The notes under the pieces are model-generated. The model did no database searches, was not told the DNA's origin, and was given only the letters and a program-made list of their open reading frames with translations. This document shows, in pieces, positions 34,285-48,575 of a stretch of DNA of 64,000 nt. The DNA lies in contig CM060731.1 of assembly GCA_030704615.1 (NCBI GenBank), forward strand, positions 8,928,001-8,992,000, read 5' to 3'. The translations under genes and the position numbers were made by a program. Within the stretch, counting starts at the first letter, position 1, and each line of letters begins with the position of its first letter. This DNA comes from Takakia lepidozioides. Taxonomy: Eukaryota; Plantae; Bryophyta.

Positions 34285-37200
34285 TGTCAAGGATTACTAC
34301 AGGAGAACCAGCCACGGGGGTAGAGGATCAACTTCCCGATGCATTTCTGTTTGCTGTTCAACCAGAAGCACCAGATGAAGAGACAGATCCTATAAATGCT
34401 CTGGGAATGTTTCAAGGAGACTATGATCTTCCAGATGTTCTCAAACTCATGGACGACACGGATGAAGAAGAAGATTCATCCGATGAAGATGAACCTCTTG
34501 ATGAAGGACTTATTATTGAAGAAGAGCCAGATCCACAAGAAGAAGATGACAAGGAAAACGAAGAAACAAACAATCAAGAATTGGCCAATATCAGTATTGG
34601 AGCTTATACAGTCACCAAAGAAGAATCAGAAGATATTCAGGATCAAGATCAAGATGATTGGCAATGGCCAATCAAATACTATCTGAACACAGGGAAATTT
34701 CCTGAAGGTTACACCAAAGATGACAGGAGGAAGCTTTCAATGAAAAGCAAGCCATACACATTAATCAAAGGGATTCTGTACAAAACAGGAATTGACTCCA
34801 TAATGAGAAGATGTGTAAACAAAGACCAAGCCAAAACAGTAATGCAAGAACTACACGAAGGAATTGCAGGTGGACACTTCAGTTCGGACTTGACAACAAA
34901 GAAAATATTACTAGCAGGCTACTGGTGGCCTACTATATTTGGAGATACTTATAAACACTGTCAACAGTGTGATGTCTGCCAGAGGATGGGACCAGTAGAA
35001 CGAACAGGGAAGGGGACTCTGCACCCAATACTACCAACAGAACCATTTCAGCGCTGGGGGCTAGAATTTGTGGGACCCATTAAACCTCCAGCAAGGTACA
35101 CACAAAACCAATACATTCTCACAGCCACTGACTACACTACCAAATGGGTAGAGGCCAAGGCACTAAGAGACAACACTGCCAAATCAACAGCCAAATTCTT
35201 ATATGAAAACATCATCACACGATTTGGTTGCCCACTGGAATTCGTCAATGATCAGGGATCACATTTCATAAATGATGCCATAAAATGCTTGACGGAGGAG
35301 TTCATGATTGTACATCACAAGAGTACTGCTTACTATCCTCAAGGAAACGGTCAGGCCGAATCTACCAACAAAATATTATGCACTATCTTAACCAAGATAG
35401 TAAATGCCAATCGTACAGATTGGGCATTCAGGACATCATACAAGGTAACCACGAAGCATACACCATATCAACTGGTGTATGGAGCAGAGGCACTATTACC
35501 TATTGAATGTATGTTTCTCACACTACGAACCGGAACTCATGAACGATGGGGTTTAGAAGAATCCTTACGAGTCAGGGAATATGAGTTATTCCATTTTGGA
35601 GAAGTTCAAGCAGATGCCGCAGATAATATGGCACGAATTCAGGAACAACGAAGGAAAAGAATATCCGAAGGGAAAGAGAAATCTTTCCAGGACGGGGACA
35701 TTGTATTATGGTTACCAAAAATCAAGAAGATCAAACTGGGCGGAAAATTGAAAATGCCATGGATGGGACCATTTCAAATCAAAAGGGTACATGACAATGG
35801 AACTGTTGATTTGCAAACCTTGGAACAAGAATTCATGGGTCAAATTAATATTAACAAGCTAAAAGGCTACCAGGGAATACATGACAAAGCTTTTATACAT
35901 GATTTATACGCCAACGAGGAAGATCAAACTGAAGATGAGGAGCGCGAAACTACCAATGCCTACTACATTCATCACGACACGGTGAATCAGCATGTACTAA
36001 GACAAGTGGCAACACGAATTCAGGGCACCATGACGGCTAGACCACCATTTATCTGGAGGACAGCATTACCACCCCGTATACCATATGGTGAACCGTGGCC
36101 AACACAGATGCCCTACAGAATAGTGAACGAATACGAAACGGCCAACGAGTCACTGCTTGTGTTAAATTCCGAGATGTACGCTCCAGATCACCCCACCGAC
36201 AGTGGTAATCATACACCACTACCCTTTGATAATAACACAGAGGCGGAACGACGGCGCAATCCAACGGATTGCCAAAAGACGGCGGACGATAAGGGCAAAG
36301 CCATTAAACCAAGCTGCAAGTACTGCGCCAACGCCGCCCATCTAAAAACGGACCACATACCAAAGTGGATGAACACAGCTCAGAGGGATGAACATAAACT
36401 GACCGAAACTGGACAATCATCAACGACCATCAGTTTTAAACAAAACAAATCACGAAGAAAAAACCAACGGAAGAAAATCAAGCACAAAAGGGATGAAGTT
36501 TTCTCAAAACCGTTACATGAGGCTAAATGCTTCTTGGTAAGCCTGGGCCCAACAATTAAAGCTAACCACACTTTAAACCTAGGCAACCAGCAGGACAGAA
36601 TTACCTCCACAAGAACCTCGAGAGAAGTTAGAGGAGAAACCTACAGAGAGGAACCCCTACTTAAACCCAGGAGCGAACTCCTCACCTTCTCTTCCGCAAA
36701 CCGGAAATTGCTGTATACACAACTTCCAGTGTGCTTCATACTTCTTGTGATACAGGAATTGGTGCTCCAATTCCTTACAGCAACCGCGAGACTAAGAGAA
36801 ATGGCAGGCACCAAGCGGAAGGCACCAAGTTCTTATGCGCAAGTCAATTTCAAAATCAGCCCAGCGTTGCGGAAGATTGAGCAGGACACAGAGACACAGG
36901 AGACGTTGGACAGTCTTGGCCTGCGATACTTCATCACCACGCTGGACTGGAACCTGAAGCATGACGAGCTATGCAGGGAGTTCTTGGAGAATTACAACAC
37001 CAGCACTCGGAGCACAAATGTCCACGACACGCACATCCTACTGACAGAGAAGTACTCGGCGGAAGTATTTCACCTTCCCAGTTTGGACGTACCACCGCAC
37101 ACCGGCAAACCTCCAAGGTTTGTACTTGCAGATTTGTTTGAGAATCTCAACCAAGCAGATCAAGGCTACACATGCAGCCACAACAAAAACCATGGCTTCA

Positions 37201-39594
37201 GGAAGATAGCCCCAGTACTTAGCACATTGCTTTGCCTCAGGCAAAACCATAGCTACTGTACCAAGGAGCTAATCGACCAAGTGTTGATTTGCTTCAATGG
37301 GCAAATCGTGAATTGGGCAAGCTTCTTATTGAAGAAGTTAACTCAAGAACTGACCAGGTTGACAAAGAAGAAGAAGGAAGCGACTGTTACCATGGCAACT
37401 CCATTGTTACTCCAGATGATTCGACACACTGTACACCTAACGGCCGAAGAGCAAGCGACGTTGGGAATCATGCAACGGGTAGACACAATGGAGGAAGAAG
37501 GAAGTGAGACGGCAACATGTGAGGAAGAAGAAGAGGGCGGACTTGCAAAAAGAGCCCGGATCAACGAAGCAACCACAAGTGCAGCAGCAGAGGACATCAT
37601 CAACTCGACAGCTGATTCCCCAGTACAGAGAGAATGGGAGAATCAACAGCCAGAAGGAGGGAACAAACCACAGAACGAAGCAACACCCATGGAAATTAAC
37701 CATGGCAACACCGAAGCACATCAAGCAGCACACACAGAGGCCACACAATCAGAGGAGGGAGACATAGTGGCGCAGCAACAGTAGATAGTGCAACAGACAC
37801 CCGATCAGCAGCAACAGCAGATTGTGCAAGAGGCACCGAGTCAGCAGCAACAAGATAGAAATTCCAATTTGGAATTACTACTAGCACAACAAAAATACAA
37901 CAGCATGGGACACAGGGTTGGAGGAAGCACCGCAAAATGTCATTCTGCAGGCAATACAAGCATTGGGGCAATTGACAGTTTGTATGGACAGGGCCAAGGA
38001 TTACATCAGCCCGGAAAACCTGAACATGATCTTAGACCACATCAAAGAGAAGCACCAGAGGGAATTGGCCATTGCAAGAACAGTATGTAACCATGAGGTT
38101 ACAATTGCAGCATTAGAAGATCAAAAGTTGACCTTACTCCGCCAATACAACACATTGGCACAACGCAGAGATGAGTGGGAGCAAAAGTGGGAAAGACAGA
38201 GAGACGAAACACGCCATGTCCAAGCCGACCTCGATGCAGAGCGAGAAAGATCTCGGAAAACAGAGACAGAGGTGGAAACACTCACAGGGCAGGTGCAAAC
38301 ATTAAAGCAGCAAGTGGAGACACTCAAGGGGCAGCTAAGGACTGCCATAGATCAGGGAACCAAGTGGCTCAACAACAACACTACACTGCTGAAGCAAAGG
38401 GAGAATGCTGAGAGCAGGCTGTTTACCACCACCACAGAAAGAGACATTGCCATGGGCAATGAACAAGAATGGAAGCAGCAGCTGGAGAAGCTGACAGTGC
38501 AAGCAGGGTTGGATGCAACAGACGTAGCCTTAGCCAGAGCCTGGTTGAATGAAGGGAGTGAATTGGAGATGAAGAAACTCAACAGGGCAATGGTGAGGCA
38601 GATGAAGTGCCAGTTGGCGAAATTGATGACAGACATTCATGAGGAGTTCCTGCCACCAATTCCAGAACAAGAGGAACTCATGGACGAAGAGGATCAAAAG
38701 GAGCAAGATCATGAACAAGAGACACCAATACAATCAACAACAACAACACCAACACAACCACCACCAAGCCAACAAACACTGGTACAGGCCACACCAAGGC
38801 CATCTACTCAAGAGGTAAACCCTGTAACACTACCAAGTGTCCTGGTAGCATCAACTTCAGTAGCAGTGGATGATTTCCAAATCATGCCATGCAAGCAGGA
38901 TGGGGAGTGGTTAAAGTATTCAGAGGAATACTTTAAAATGATGGTAGTACCAGCCCAACAAATCCCAGAAATACTGGAGAAGGTTTTCAAAACCTTAACT
39001 CCCTGCAAATCATTGGGTCAACTACATCTGCTCAATCAAACTCTTATTCCTCTGAGATCTAGGATGAGACCACTGGCTAAGGAAGAGACATGGTCAGGGG
39101 CAGAATTGGTTGAATTCTGGCGCCAAGCTCCTCTGGAATACAAGGAGCTGGTAGCTTACATGTGGGCAGTGGGGCAATTGAAGATTAATCCTACCCCAGC
39201 AGTAACCATTGTGATGGGATGCCCAAGTTTTTATATTGGCAGTTACTTGTACCGCATGTTCGTGACAATGAGGGGAAGCTGGCAGCGCTATGAGAGTATT
39301 GAAAAAGATACTCACTGGGAATTACCCAAATTCCAGCCACCAGAGAGAGTCACAGGCACTTCAACATATATGAATAGGCCACTTTATGCTGAAGCATGGC
39401 GCCAGGCGAAGGACCACTTTTCACCATTGGTATTGGACAGAGACCACCCTTTCAGAGAAACAGGGGTCCAAGCTGTTAACTGGTTAATGGGCAGCAGGGC
39501 AACAAAACACATTATACCCTGGACAAATGAGGAGCTGCAAATCTACCGCAAAACCTTGACCAACAAATCGATATGGTACGTGGGGACGGGATAG
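34284..39594 (+). pseudogene. pol: Family C integrase read in frame into the additional ORF
   Basis: 1166-aa ORF containing the rve core and the N-terminus of the extra ORF; 558-aa ORF with coiled coil and a C-terminal domain homologous to family A. Confidence 0.85.
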
Positions 39595-39813
39595 CAGAAC
39601 ACCCTGATGAAGAAAGCTGGCCTACTCACGAACTAGAGGAGCAACCAGACAGTGACGATAACAGGAACAAGAAGCTGCCACCACGACAATCCTAGGACGC
39701 ACTTCCTACCTCGCAGACAGGCATGCCACCACCTTACATCCCCAAGAGATATAGCAAGTACAGGAACTGACGAAATTGTGCGGACACAATTTCAAAAGAG
39801 GGGGGGGGATAAA

Positions 39814-40621
39814 TGATAACGGCTATGCTACGAGGGACAGACAACGAGGGTCACAACGGGACATCCCGGGTAGTGATGGACGTACACTACCTGAGCCACA
39901 AGCAGAGACGGCTAAGTACGCGGTACTTAGCCAATGGCGGGACAAGGGTACATTACCACGAGAGCAGTAGTGGGTAGTGTAGTAACCGTGAGCCGTGAAC
40001 CATGATATCACATGGTCATGTTAGCATCGGCTTTAACCAATAGAGGGAGTAGTGGACCGTTTACCACTATGGCTCACGACCACTACAACAAGCCATTTTT
40101 TAGCAAACCATTTAGGTTGTGTAGGCAGTTAGGCAAACGGTCATTAACGACCGCAGGCTGTAACGGCTCTTTCGAGCATAGTATAAAAAGACTGCACGCA
40201 ACTCAGAAGGTGTGCGGTAGGAGTATCAGTGATCAATGTGTATTTAGAGGGACTCAGAGTGATTCTGTGTACTTCTGTGATGATGTGACGAGCTCTGAAG
40301 TAAAGCCATGCTATTTGAAATATCTCTGTGTAGAGTGAATGTGAGATGGAGAGAAATCTGCTTGTATGAACCAAAAGGCTTCAGTCCTTTCGACTAAGAT
40401 CTTTTATGCTTAAGAGACTGTAGATTGGGCTTAATCAATAGGATTAAGCAGCCTGCAGAGATATGGCTTCATCCGACGTTTATGGTTTAGCTATCCTTAA
40501 AACGATTACTTCATAATCGTTTCTGAAAGCATACCGTCGGACAACCTCTGTTGCATGTTTTAAGAAATGGGTAGTAGTGTTAATAGCCTGTTTTGTCTAA
40601 GTCATAAACCAGCGGTTAACA
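39814..40621 (+). repeat. 3' LTR of family C (808 bp)
   Basis: TGATAAC..GTTAACA, follows the PPT, homologous to 11232-12106. Confidence 0.92.
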
Positions 40622-43600
40622 CTCTCTTCATCCTAGACAAACAAGAAGGCCTTGTTTGAAACAGCTGTAGGAAAGCTTGCAGGGCATAGAGCATAAAGGT
40701 GTGGTTGACACAGAAAAGAACGGGTAAGTGCGTATAAGCCTGTGGAGCTTGCAGATAGTGGGTGAGAGAGAATGTTCTTTCAATCCGCCCGTCCTTGCGC
40801 CACTGCGTGAGAAGTAAAGCTAATGTGTAGTCTGTAATATCCGCCATAGCTACAAAGCTATAGCTTTGATTGCCCCTTCCGTCGAGACGTTGGTTATTCG
40901 GAGCCACCCTGACTCTTCCGCTCATAACTCTTCTAATTTCTTGTTCTTGTTTCTTGGAGGGAACCACCTGCATGAAATTCTCGCTTTTGATTGGCTGTGG
41001 CCTCCTTGGGTAGCTTCTTAATTTTACCCCCCTCAGTGGACATTCCCACCTGGAATGTCCACTAGGACAACACATGTGGCAAAGGTCCCCCTTTGTTGTA
41101 CACGTAAAGGGTTCCGTTACCTTTTCCCTGAATGCATTAATGGGCCCACAATTAGTTTTGGCTGATGTACCGGGTAGGTACTTTGACGGCCCAATTTGTC
41201 CTCTTGCATGATGACACCCACTTTTGCAATATATGCACCGCGGTGTGCTTCGCCCTAGTGGCCATGTGTTCGATCCTAAACATGCTCCCGTCTTTCCCTG
41301 TCCGCGTGGCATATTCTCCGAGTTTGACTCCCAAACTGTCCTTTCACTTGCCGGCCACTTTTCTGACGTTAACCCGCGTCCACCTGCCATTGACCCTATG
41401 GATTGTGCATCCCGCGTAGGCTGTGTTGGGCTGTGACAGACTGTGTGATAATGTGTTGGGCTGTGATAGGCTGTGTGATGTTGTGATGGGCTGTGATGAT
41501 TGTGTGAACACTTGTGTTCTACGCTCAGGCCATACACATTCGGCTTAACGACAAGTACTTCATGCTCCGTTGGTGTTACTGGTTTAGGCTGTGATAGCAT
41601 CTGTATTCCAAGATGCAAATCATGCTGCAATGGTTTATCATGGATACCACTGTATCCCTTCAACTTATTGGCATTCACTCTTCCAAGCATCTCTTTGTTA
41701 ATGGTTTGTAACATGGCTGTGTTGTTATCATACATCTTCTGTATGACATAAGGTCCTTTCCATGGTGACTTAAGCTTAGAAGCTTTGATCTTTCCCTTCT
41801 TCTGCAACCATAGTACCAAATCACCCGTCTTAAAAGTTTTCAATTTACCTTCATCAAATTGATCCTTCCTCTTCATCTGAATTCTGGTCATATTATCTGC
41901 TGCATCCGCACGTACTTCTTCCACATGATATAATTCATGTTTCCTGACTTTAATTGAATCCTCCAATTCCATTCTCCTTCCCCATTCAGTTCTCATGATA
42001 GGTAACAAGAATTCCACTGGAAGTAAAGCTTCCATACCATAAACTAATTGGAATGGTGTATATTTAGTAGTGACTTTATATGAAGTCTTGTATGACCACA
42101 AAGCTGTCAGCAACTTTGTATCCCAATCCGTTCTGTTTGCATTGACTATCTTAGCCAAAATAGTGCATAGTATTCTGTTAGTGGCCTCTGCCTGCCCATT
42201 ACCCTGTGGGTAATAGGTTGTACTCTTCCTGTGCACAATCATGAACTCTTTAGTCAATAGTTCTATGGTCTCATTAATGAAGTGACTTCCCTGGTCACCA
42301 AACCTTGTAAGTATGTTCTCATACAGAAACCTTGCTGTAGACTTAGCTGTGTTGTCCCTCAGAGCTTTAGCTTCCACCCACTTTGTAGTATAATCAGTGG
42401 CTGTGATTATATACTTGTTCTGTGTATTTCTGGCTGGTGGGTTTATTAGTCCAACAAAAGTCCCCATTTCTGGAATGGTTCAGTAGGCATGGTAGGATGC
42501 AAAGCCATCTTCCCAGATCTTTGCAAAGGTCCTAGCCTCTGACACTCATCACAACTCTTGCAATACATCTTTGAACAGAGTAGGCCACCAGTAACCTGCA
42601 AGTAGTATTTTCCTGCTGGTAGTCTCATCTCCAAAATGACCTCCAACCACTCATTTATGAACTTCCTCCAAAACTATATTTACTTCTTGGTAATACAAGC
42701 ATCGTTTAAGAACTCCATCAGGTCCTAGCTTATACAATTTGCCACCTAATATAGTGTAGGGTAAAGCCTTGATAGCTATTCTCTCCCTCTGTTCCTTTCC
42801 ATAACTGGGTGGGCACTGACCATGAGTAAGGTAGTATCTAATTGGCCACTGCCAGTCTAACCAATCATCTGCACTTCCTTGCACCTCCACTGCAAATAGA
42901 CTCGCATCAGGTAGTTGGTCGTCTACCCCCGTGGCGGGCTCCCCTGTTGATAGGCGTGACAAGTGATCTGCCACAATATGCAAACGGCCAGGCTTGTAAA
43001 CAACTTCAAATTCAAACTCGTGCAAGATTATTAACCATCTTGCTATTCTGCCACTTATCAAAGGCTTGTTCACCAGATAAATCAAAGCCTGATGATCCAC
43101 ATAAAACATAAACTTCCTTCCCAATAGATAATGCCTGAATTTCTTGACTGCATAAATCAATGCCAATGCTTCCCTTTCAGTGGTGCTATAGTTCCTTTCA
43201 ACACTGTTCAACAACCTGCTAGCATAATACACAGGTGAATCTATGTTTCCTGTGATATTTTGGGCTAACACAGCTCCCAATGCTTCTCCTGAGGCAACAC
43301 AATATACATGAAATACTACATGCCAGTGTGGGTTAATCAACACAGGTGTAGTTATTACTGACAATGTAAGTTCCTCAAAAGCTTGTTGACATTCAGCTGT
43401 CCATGTAAACACTGCATCCTTCTTCAGAAGCCTGCTCAAAGGTGCTGCCATCTGTGCATACCGTCTGACAAATCTTCTGTAATAACTGGTTTGTCCAAGG
43501 AATCTCCTTAGACTTATAGCATTTTTTGGTGGTGGAGATGCTTTAATGGCCTCTGTCTTTCTGGGATCCACAAGCAGTCCCCTCTTACACACAATGTGTC

Positions 43601-44408
43601 CCAGAAGTACCCCGAATTCACACAGAAAGTACACTTTTATGGATTCAGACCAAGACCTCTCATCTTGCATCTGGCCAAACATAACTCTAAATTTTGCAAG
43701 TGCTCATTTTTAGAGCTGTACACACTGAAGTCATCTAAGAACACTTGCATGAAATCATCCAGATACTCATGGAAGGATTCACTTATCACTCTCTGAAAAG
43801 TTGCTGGTGCATTACAAAGTCGAAAAAGCATGACTTTGTATGCATAAGCACCCCAGTCTGTGATGAAAGCTGTCTTTCCCTAGTCTTCTTCTGCCACTTG
43901 CACTTGGTTATACCCACTAAAGCCATCCATGAATGAGTACATCTCATGGCCTGCCACAGTGTCCAGTACCGCTTCTGTGAATGGCAAGGAAATGGATCTT
44001 TCTTTGTACAAGCATTCAACTTCTTATAGTTCACACAAACTCTCAGTTTGCCATTTTTCTTGGGGACTATCACAATGGGTGACAACCAAGTTGTATACTC
44101 TATTGGGTATATGAACTTAGCCTCAGCCAACTTCTTGATCTCTTCCCCAACCTTCTGTGCATAGTTAGGATTCATCCTGTACCTAGCCTGTTTGATTGGC
44201 ACTGATCCTGGTTCCAGTACAATCTTATGCTGGCAAATCTCAGGTGGTATCCCTTTCAGATCCTCATAGCTCCAAGCAAATACATCTATGTATTTGATGA
44301 ATAGGCTCTTAGCTTCCTCAAAGAATTCTGGCTCCAAATCAGCCCCTATTTTCACCATTCTTGGTTCCTCCTCAGTTCCCACATTCACGTCTCTCACCTG
44401 CTCTTCAC

Positions 44409-44890
44409 GGCTGATAAGGCAATGGGTAGAGGAGAGCATACAACGGCTGATATGTGAGTCCATGGGTAGAGGACTAGAGTATAGAAGTAAGATATGTGAG
44501 GTGGTGGTCTCTGAAGCTACTCTCACGACCCCGAATATGCTCTATTCCTCAAGGGGTTAGGTAGTGTGTCAGGGATGTAAGCTCGGCAGTGCTAGCCTTC
44601 CGTGAGAGGAAGGAATCAAACTGCAGCTCTGGATGCTATGAAGGAACCAATCCAAAACAACTGCAGGGCATCATGAGAGTTTCATCCACACTATTCAACA
44701 CATCCAACTACGCAAGTTTAACACCAAAAACATTGTGCCTTAGCCTGATGATTCTTCCATTAAATAGTCTTGAGAGGCTAATCTGGATAGCCAGATGCAC
44801 CGTTCTTATTGGACAAGCAGATTACAAGACTTCAGATGAGCCACCTCAGCTCTAGGCTAGCTTATCGCTTTACTGTTAACGTACAAATCC
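44409..44890. other. ~480-bp unrelated insertion in pol
   Basis: Interrupts WTIT|(G)EEQVR relative to copy 1; no clear TSD or TIR. Confidence 0.6.
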
Positions 44891-44978
44891 CGTGATTGTC
44901 CATCCAACCACTACTTCATTCTGTAAACTCACAGTGGCTGGTTCTTCTAGGATTTCCATTTCTCCCTCTCTTTCCTCA

Positions 44979-45560
44979 TAGAAATGCGGTGGGTAACTAC
45001 TTGTTTCACCCTCAATTGGTGTTGCTGTTACTGTACCACAACAGATACCTTTAAAACAACTCAGGCCTCCCAGCTGCATTTCTGCAACCTGTTCCCACTC
45101 TGGGTGTGCAGCAAACAGAGTAGCTTCCTGCTCCTCATCAAGTCCTCTTCTCCAGTCATACTCTCTGACTCCACGAGGTCTTCTGGTAGCAGGTAGCCTA
45201 CTAGATTTCTTAGTGGTGACCTGTATTTTGTGCTTCCCATCATGCACAGTCAGTAACTGGGAATTCCAGTAGAAATGTGGTGGGTAACTACTTGTTTCCC
45301 CCTCAATTGGTGTTGCTGCAACTGTACCACAATAGATACCTTTAAAACAACTCAGACCTCCCAGTTGCATTTCTGCAACCTGCTCCCACTCTGGGTGTGC
45401 AGCAAACAGGGTAGCTTCCTGCTCCTCATCAAGTCCTCCCCTCCAGTCATACTCTCTGACTCCACGAGGTCTTCTGGTAGCAGGTAGCCTGTTAGATTTC
45501 TTAGTGGTGACTTGTATCTTGTGCTTTCCATCATGCATAGTCAGTAACTGGGAGTTCCAG
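44979..45560 (-). repeat. 291-bp in-frame tandem duplication in pol
   Basis: HDGKHKIQV..SSYPPHFY occurs twice in ORF 44876-45538. Confidence 0.92.
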
Positions 45561-46019
45561 TCATGGAATACCCTGGCCTATTTCAGCCATGGTCGACCCA
45601 ACAATAAGGAGTAAGCTTCCATAACATCATCCATTTTCAACACAGTCACTGTGATCTTAAAAATCATCTCCTGGATTTGTATCTTTACTCCTCTTATCAA
45701 CCCTAAAGGCTGTACACTCCTTTGATCTACCATTGTTACTGTGAATAGGGCTGGTTTCATACTACTCAGACCAAGCTTCTGCCTTAATTGGTCTGTCACG
45801 ATGTTCACTCCTGAGCCTCCATCTATCAGTACATCAGTCATGTCTGTACTTCCAGTTCTCAATTGGATTACTGGCATAGAATCATCAAAGTCCATGACTG
45901 TTTCTCGCCCTTCTGGCTTCACATTATAGCTTGTCACCATGTAGCTTGTCACCATGTAGCTTGTCACCTTGTTGCTTTAGCTATTGTAAACTTCCATACA
46001 CTAAGCTGCCTAAACTATC

Positions 46020-46830
46020 AACCTTTCTTTGGCTTGAGTGGAGGACTCTGCGGCCCTAACAGCTGTTACGTGGGGTGCTTTGATAAGTTGCTTGAGCTGT
46101 CAGCCTTTCTTCGGCTTGAGCGGTGGACTCTGCGGTCCTAACAACTGCTACATGGGGTGCTTGATAAGCGGCCTGAGCTAGTAGCATTTCTTCCATTTGA
46201 GCGGAGGATTCTGCAGCCCTAACAGCTGCTACATGGGCCACTTCCGCACATAGCCTTTCCTCCCTCTCGTCATTGGTTTTCGCATCTCTTTCTCTAGCAG
46301 CACATTGTCGTGCTCGTGCACGTTCTATACGTAAATAATGATCGGATATATTACGACTCAATAAATTCATGAAAAGGGAAAAATCGGGCCTTAACATGGG
46401 AGACGTACTTGGATACATAGGAGATTGCACACTGGGCTTAGATAGGCCTCGACATATGAGACGCACATGGGAGATGCCCTTTGATACATAGAAGATTGCA
46501 CTTGGGCTTAGATGGGCCTCGACATAGGAGACACACTGGGATACAGAGGAAATTGCACCTGGTCTTAGATGTCAGTTCTTTACACATGGACCAAAGGTAT
46601 AGGCTACCCTAGAGGTCGCACTTGGGCCTCGACATAGGAGATGCACTGGGATACATAGAAGATCTTACATTTGGGCTTCGATGACACTGAACACTTGGGC
46701 CAACCGCAGAGGCTATCCTAGAGGTTGCATTTGGGCCTCGACATAGGAGACGCACTTGGATACATAGGGGATTGCACTTGGACTTAGATGACATTGGACA
46801 CTTGGGCCAACGGCACAGGCTACCCTAGTC
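46020..46830 (-). repeat. Degenerate ~81-bp coding-type repeats followed by a minisatellite; possible Helitron 5' remnant
   Basis: RAAES.AQ.EERL repeats resemble Helitron Rep/helicase N-terminal repeats; gggcctcgacataggaga repeats at 46400-46830. Confidence 0.45.
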
Positions 46831-48394
46831 AATATTGTTATAGTTGGACCTATATACTAGTCCAACATTGGACCATACCCGGCTTGTAGGTAGGGTGGCC
46901 AATACCCCGGGAATACCATACTAGAAGCAATTAGGCCGCGCACATGAGCGCCTAAAGTGACGAATTCCCCTCTCTGACAGGCGAATTTGCCCTGCCAGTG
47001 CGTGTCAGCGGGGCGATTGTGAGGAAGCAAACCCCAGGTTCGCTTCGCCTCAACACGAAAAAAAACCAAAGCATCGGGGCCAAGAACATGTGGCCCTTGA
47101 GGTGGGGCCCGCCGCTAGCGAATTCGTCAGGCTAACGGGAATGAGCAAAGTATCATGTGCGCGGGCTAAATTATTTTATACATACCTCGCTCCCTATTGT
47201 GGTGTATACCATACCTGTCTGGTATTGCGATGGACGAGATTACTGATGATACCAATATTGCTGCGAGGTGAGCCTCCAAACGACAACTGTAGGTGTATGT
47301 GTGGAGTTAGGGCAAGGGAACTCGTGGGCGGCTGGGTATTGCCATACAAGGGGCAATACATACCTCGACATTTTCAGTCATGCGGCAGTCCATTATATGA
47401 GCATATGAAGGTGATAAACCACCATATCAATTGAAATATAACACACAAACCCTGTCAAGAATACTCAATAGGACTATGTATAATAATCAACCATTCTATA
47501 CTTGGAACAAAACGACCCATACACATATCTGGGTATACCAGAGGTTGGGTAGCACGTGAGCAGGCTACCGCCTCTGTGCGCCTGCTCGCGTGAGCAGAAG
47601 ATGATATACCGGAAATTCCTAGAATATTCTTGAAAAGATGCGCTAGCGAAACTAAAATTTGCAATTTGTGCTCACGTGAGCACAAGTGAGCACAAGCCAC
47701 ACGAAGATGGGGTAGTCACCCTATTTCCGTGTGTTAGTCACTCTATCACTCTAATTCATTAGTGAAATAAAACAATCTCATGTCGTCTCTTATATGCAAA
47801 ACCAAACACAATACATTTTGTTTCGCCCACGAAACCATATGATAATGACCCACGCAGCGATACCTGGAAATTTTGCCGGCAAAAAAATGCACTATTTCGC
47901 TGGCAAATGGTTATCAAATTACCTGAGGCAAAGTTCAGAGAGATTCTCTTGATTTACCACATTATAGCCATACATGAGGGAACGGGTCAATCTACATTTC
48001 GGATACATGTCCACTAGGGCAATTTTCAAAATGACATAACATACAATTCTAGCTTACCTTGGAGTGACAACCATATTCTCATCCCCACCTTGCGCTTAAG
48101 CTGGCTGAAATAAGCTTGTATTACGAAAGATCCTCATGAGTTCATGATTGTGAGACAAGGAATTGATGACATATGTCACATTAACCATTTGCACATATGA
48201 AAGTCCAAAATTAGAAGTTTGTCCCAAGCCTTGCACTACATTAGTACCTAGGTGCAGAGGTGTTCACTACCCCTAAATGTTAGTACAAGGGGGACAAAGA
48301 CCAATGGGTTGCTTCTGCGTGTGTCCATATTGTAAGACTGCATGTTGTTGGTAGCCCCTGTGACAACCGAAGTGCGATTGCATTTAGTCATAAC

Positions 48395-48575
48395 CCAAGA
48401 TATCATTCAAAGGACTAAACGCATTGAAGTTGGGCATCACTGCGATCAGGAGGATGTAGGCAAATGAGAATTTGAAATGGCCTATTACCCTTCAGAAGAC
48501 ATGGTTGCTAATGTTTTGACAAAAAACTTACTAAAGCCTAAACACATCCCATGTTCACTTGAACTTGGTGTCATT
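48395..48575 (+). pseudogene. Ty1/Copia RNase H C-terminal remnant
   Basis: TKRIEVGHH..DMVANVLTKNL.KPKH-like translation. Confidence 0.55.

Larger units (their letters stand above)
31422..40621 (+). mobile_element. Family C Ty3/Gypsy element, 5'-truncated in gag, with PPT and 3' LTR
   Basis: CCHC knuckle, PR, RT, RH, IN, extra ORF, PPT (aaaagagggggggg), LTR, TSD CTCTC at 40622-40626. Confidence 0.9.
40622..45975 (-). mobile_element. pol: Family A copy 2, 5' half (PR-RT-RH-IN to start of extra ORF), degenerate
   Basis: Reverse-complement homologue of 1-4600 and 8520-8600. Confidence 0.93.
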
